DNA of 64,000 nucleotides from an uncultured virus (IMG/VR IMGVR_UViG_3300033996_000365) (Duplodnaviria; Heunggongvirae; Uroviricota; Caudoviricetes): the IMG/VR virus record IMGVR_UViG_3300033996_000365. One strand, 5' to 3'. This document shows positions 63,806-64,000 of the stretch, one piece after another (position 1 is the stretch's first letter; the number at the start of each line of letters is the position of its first letter). The notes under the pieces are model-generated. The model made no database searches. It worked only from the letters and a program-made list of their open reading frames with translations, and was not told where the DNA came from. Made by a program: the position numbers and the translations under genes.

Positions 63806-63999
63806 ACCATTTTCCCTCTGGTTTTACCGCGTTGAGCGCAACCATCAGCGCGAGCAGAAGCTGACCCAGCCATTCCGCCGCGAGCCTTTTTTTCTACTTT
63901 TGGCTTACCTTCGCCAGTCGCAGTGCGATAACCTTGGTTGGTCATTGCGTCCATCCTTTTGTACAGAACATCTAGCTCTGGTACAGACTCGCCACGCGC
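63802..63999 (-). CDS. basic late protein (5' end outside window)
   Basis: ...KKARGGMAGSASARADGCAQRGKTRGKMV; read manually. Confidence 0.6.
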   Translation of the reverse strand, partial: ARGESVPELDVLYKRMDAMTNQGYRTATGEGKPKVEKKARGGMAGSASARADGCAQRGKTRGKMV

Positions 64000-64000
64000 C

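Noticed and set aside
1..64000. Prophage features, tRNAs, stop-codon reassignment
   Set aside because: No integrase, att site, host flank or cloverleaf seen; TAA, TAG and TGA all end tightly packed genes

Overview
The window looks like almost the whole genome of a tailed dsDNA phage with a podovirus-like layout; a Proteobacterial host is inferred from the Rz/Rz1 spanin pair and sigma70-type promoters. Both ends cut through the same minus-strand late operon, so the sequence is probably circularly permuted. Layout: (1) 1-10932 minus: terminases, LexA-like HTH, portal, GroES, scaffold, major capsid and accessory virion genes. (2) 11163-15182 plus: about 20 tiny early genes, 13 of them preceded by one of two repeated leader sequences. 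(3) 15147-21061 minus: primase, SF2 helicase, C5-methyltransferase, ParB-like protein and a fucosyltransferase-like protein. (4) 21062-22052: a 1 kb non-coding divergent control region with several structured-RNA candidates. (5) 22053-35356 plus: exonuclease, ERF, SSB-like protein, mosaic small genes, then four glycosyltransferases and RfbH, a ThDP enzyme and an SDR (a yersiniose-like branched dideoxy-sugar pathway). (6) 35328-64000 minus: internal/ejection proteins, tail, lysis cassette, Gly-rich fibres, an HNH-AP2 endonuclease and small Lys-rich proteins. No integrase, DNA or RNA polymerase, tRNA or CRISPR array was seen. Best leads: the phage-encoded branched-sugar glycosylation system, an x-[AKS]-x-G-G motif repeated 23 times in nine late proteins, the structured-RNA cluster, and the cassette-like early gene array. 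All calls are from motif recognition by eye; no database search was run.
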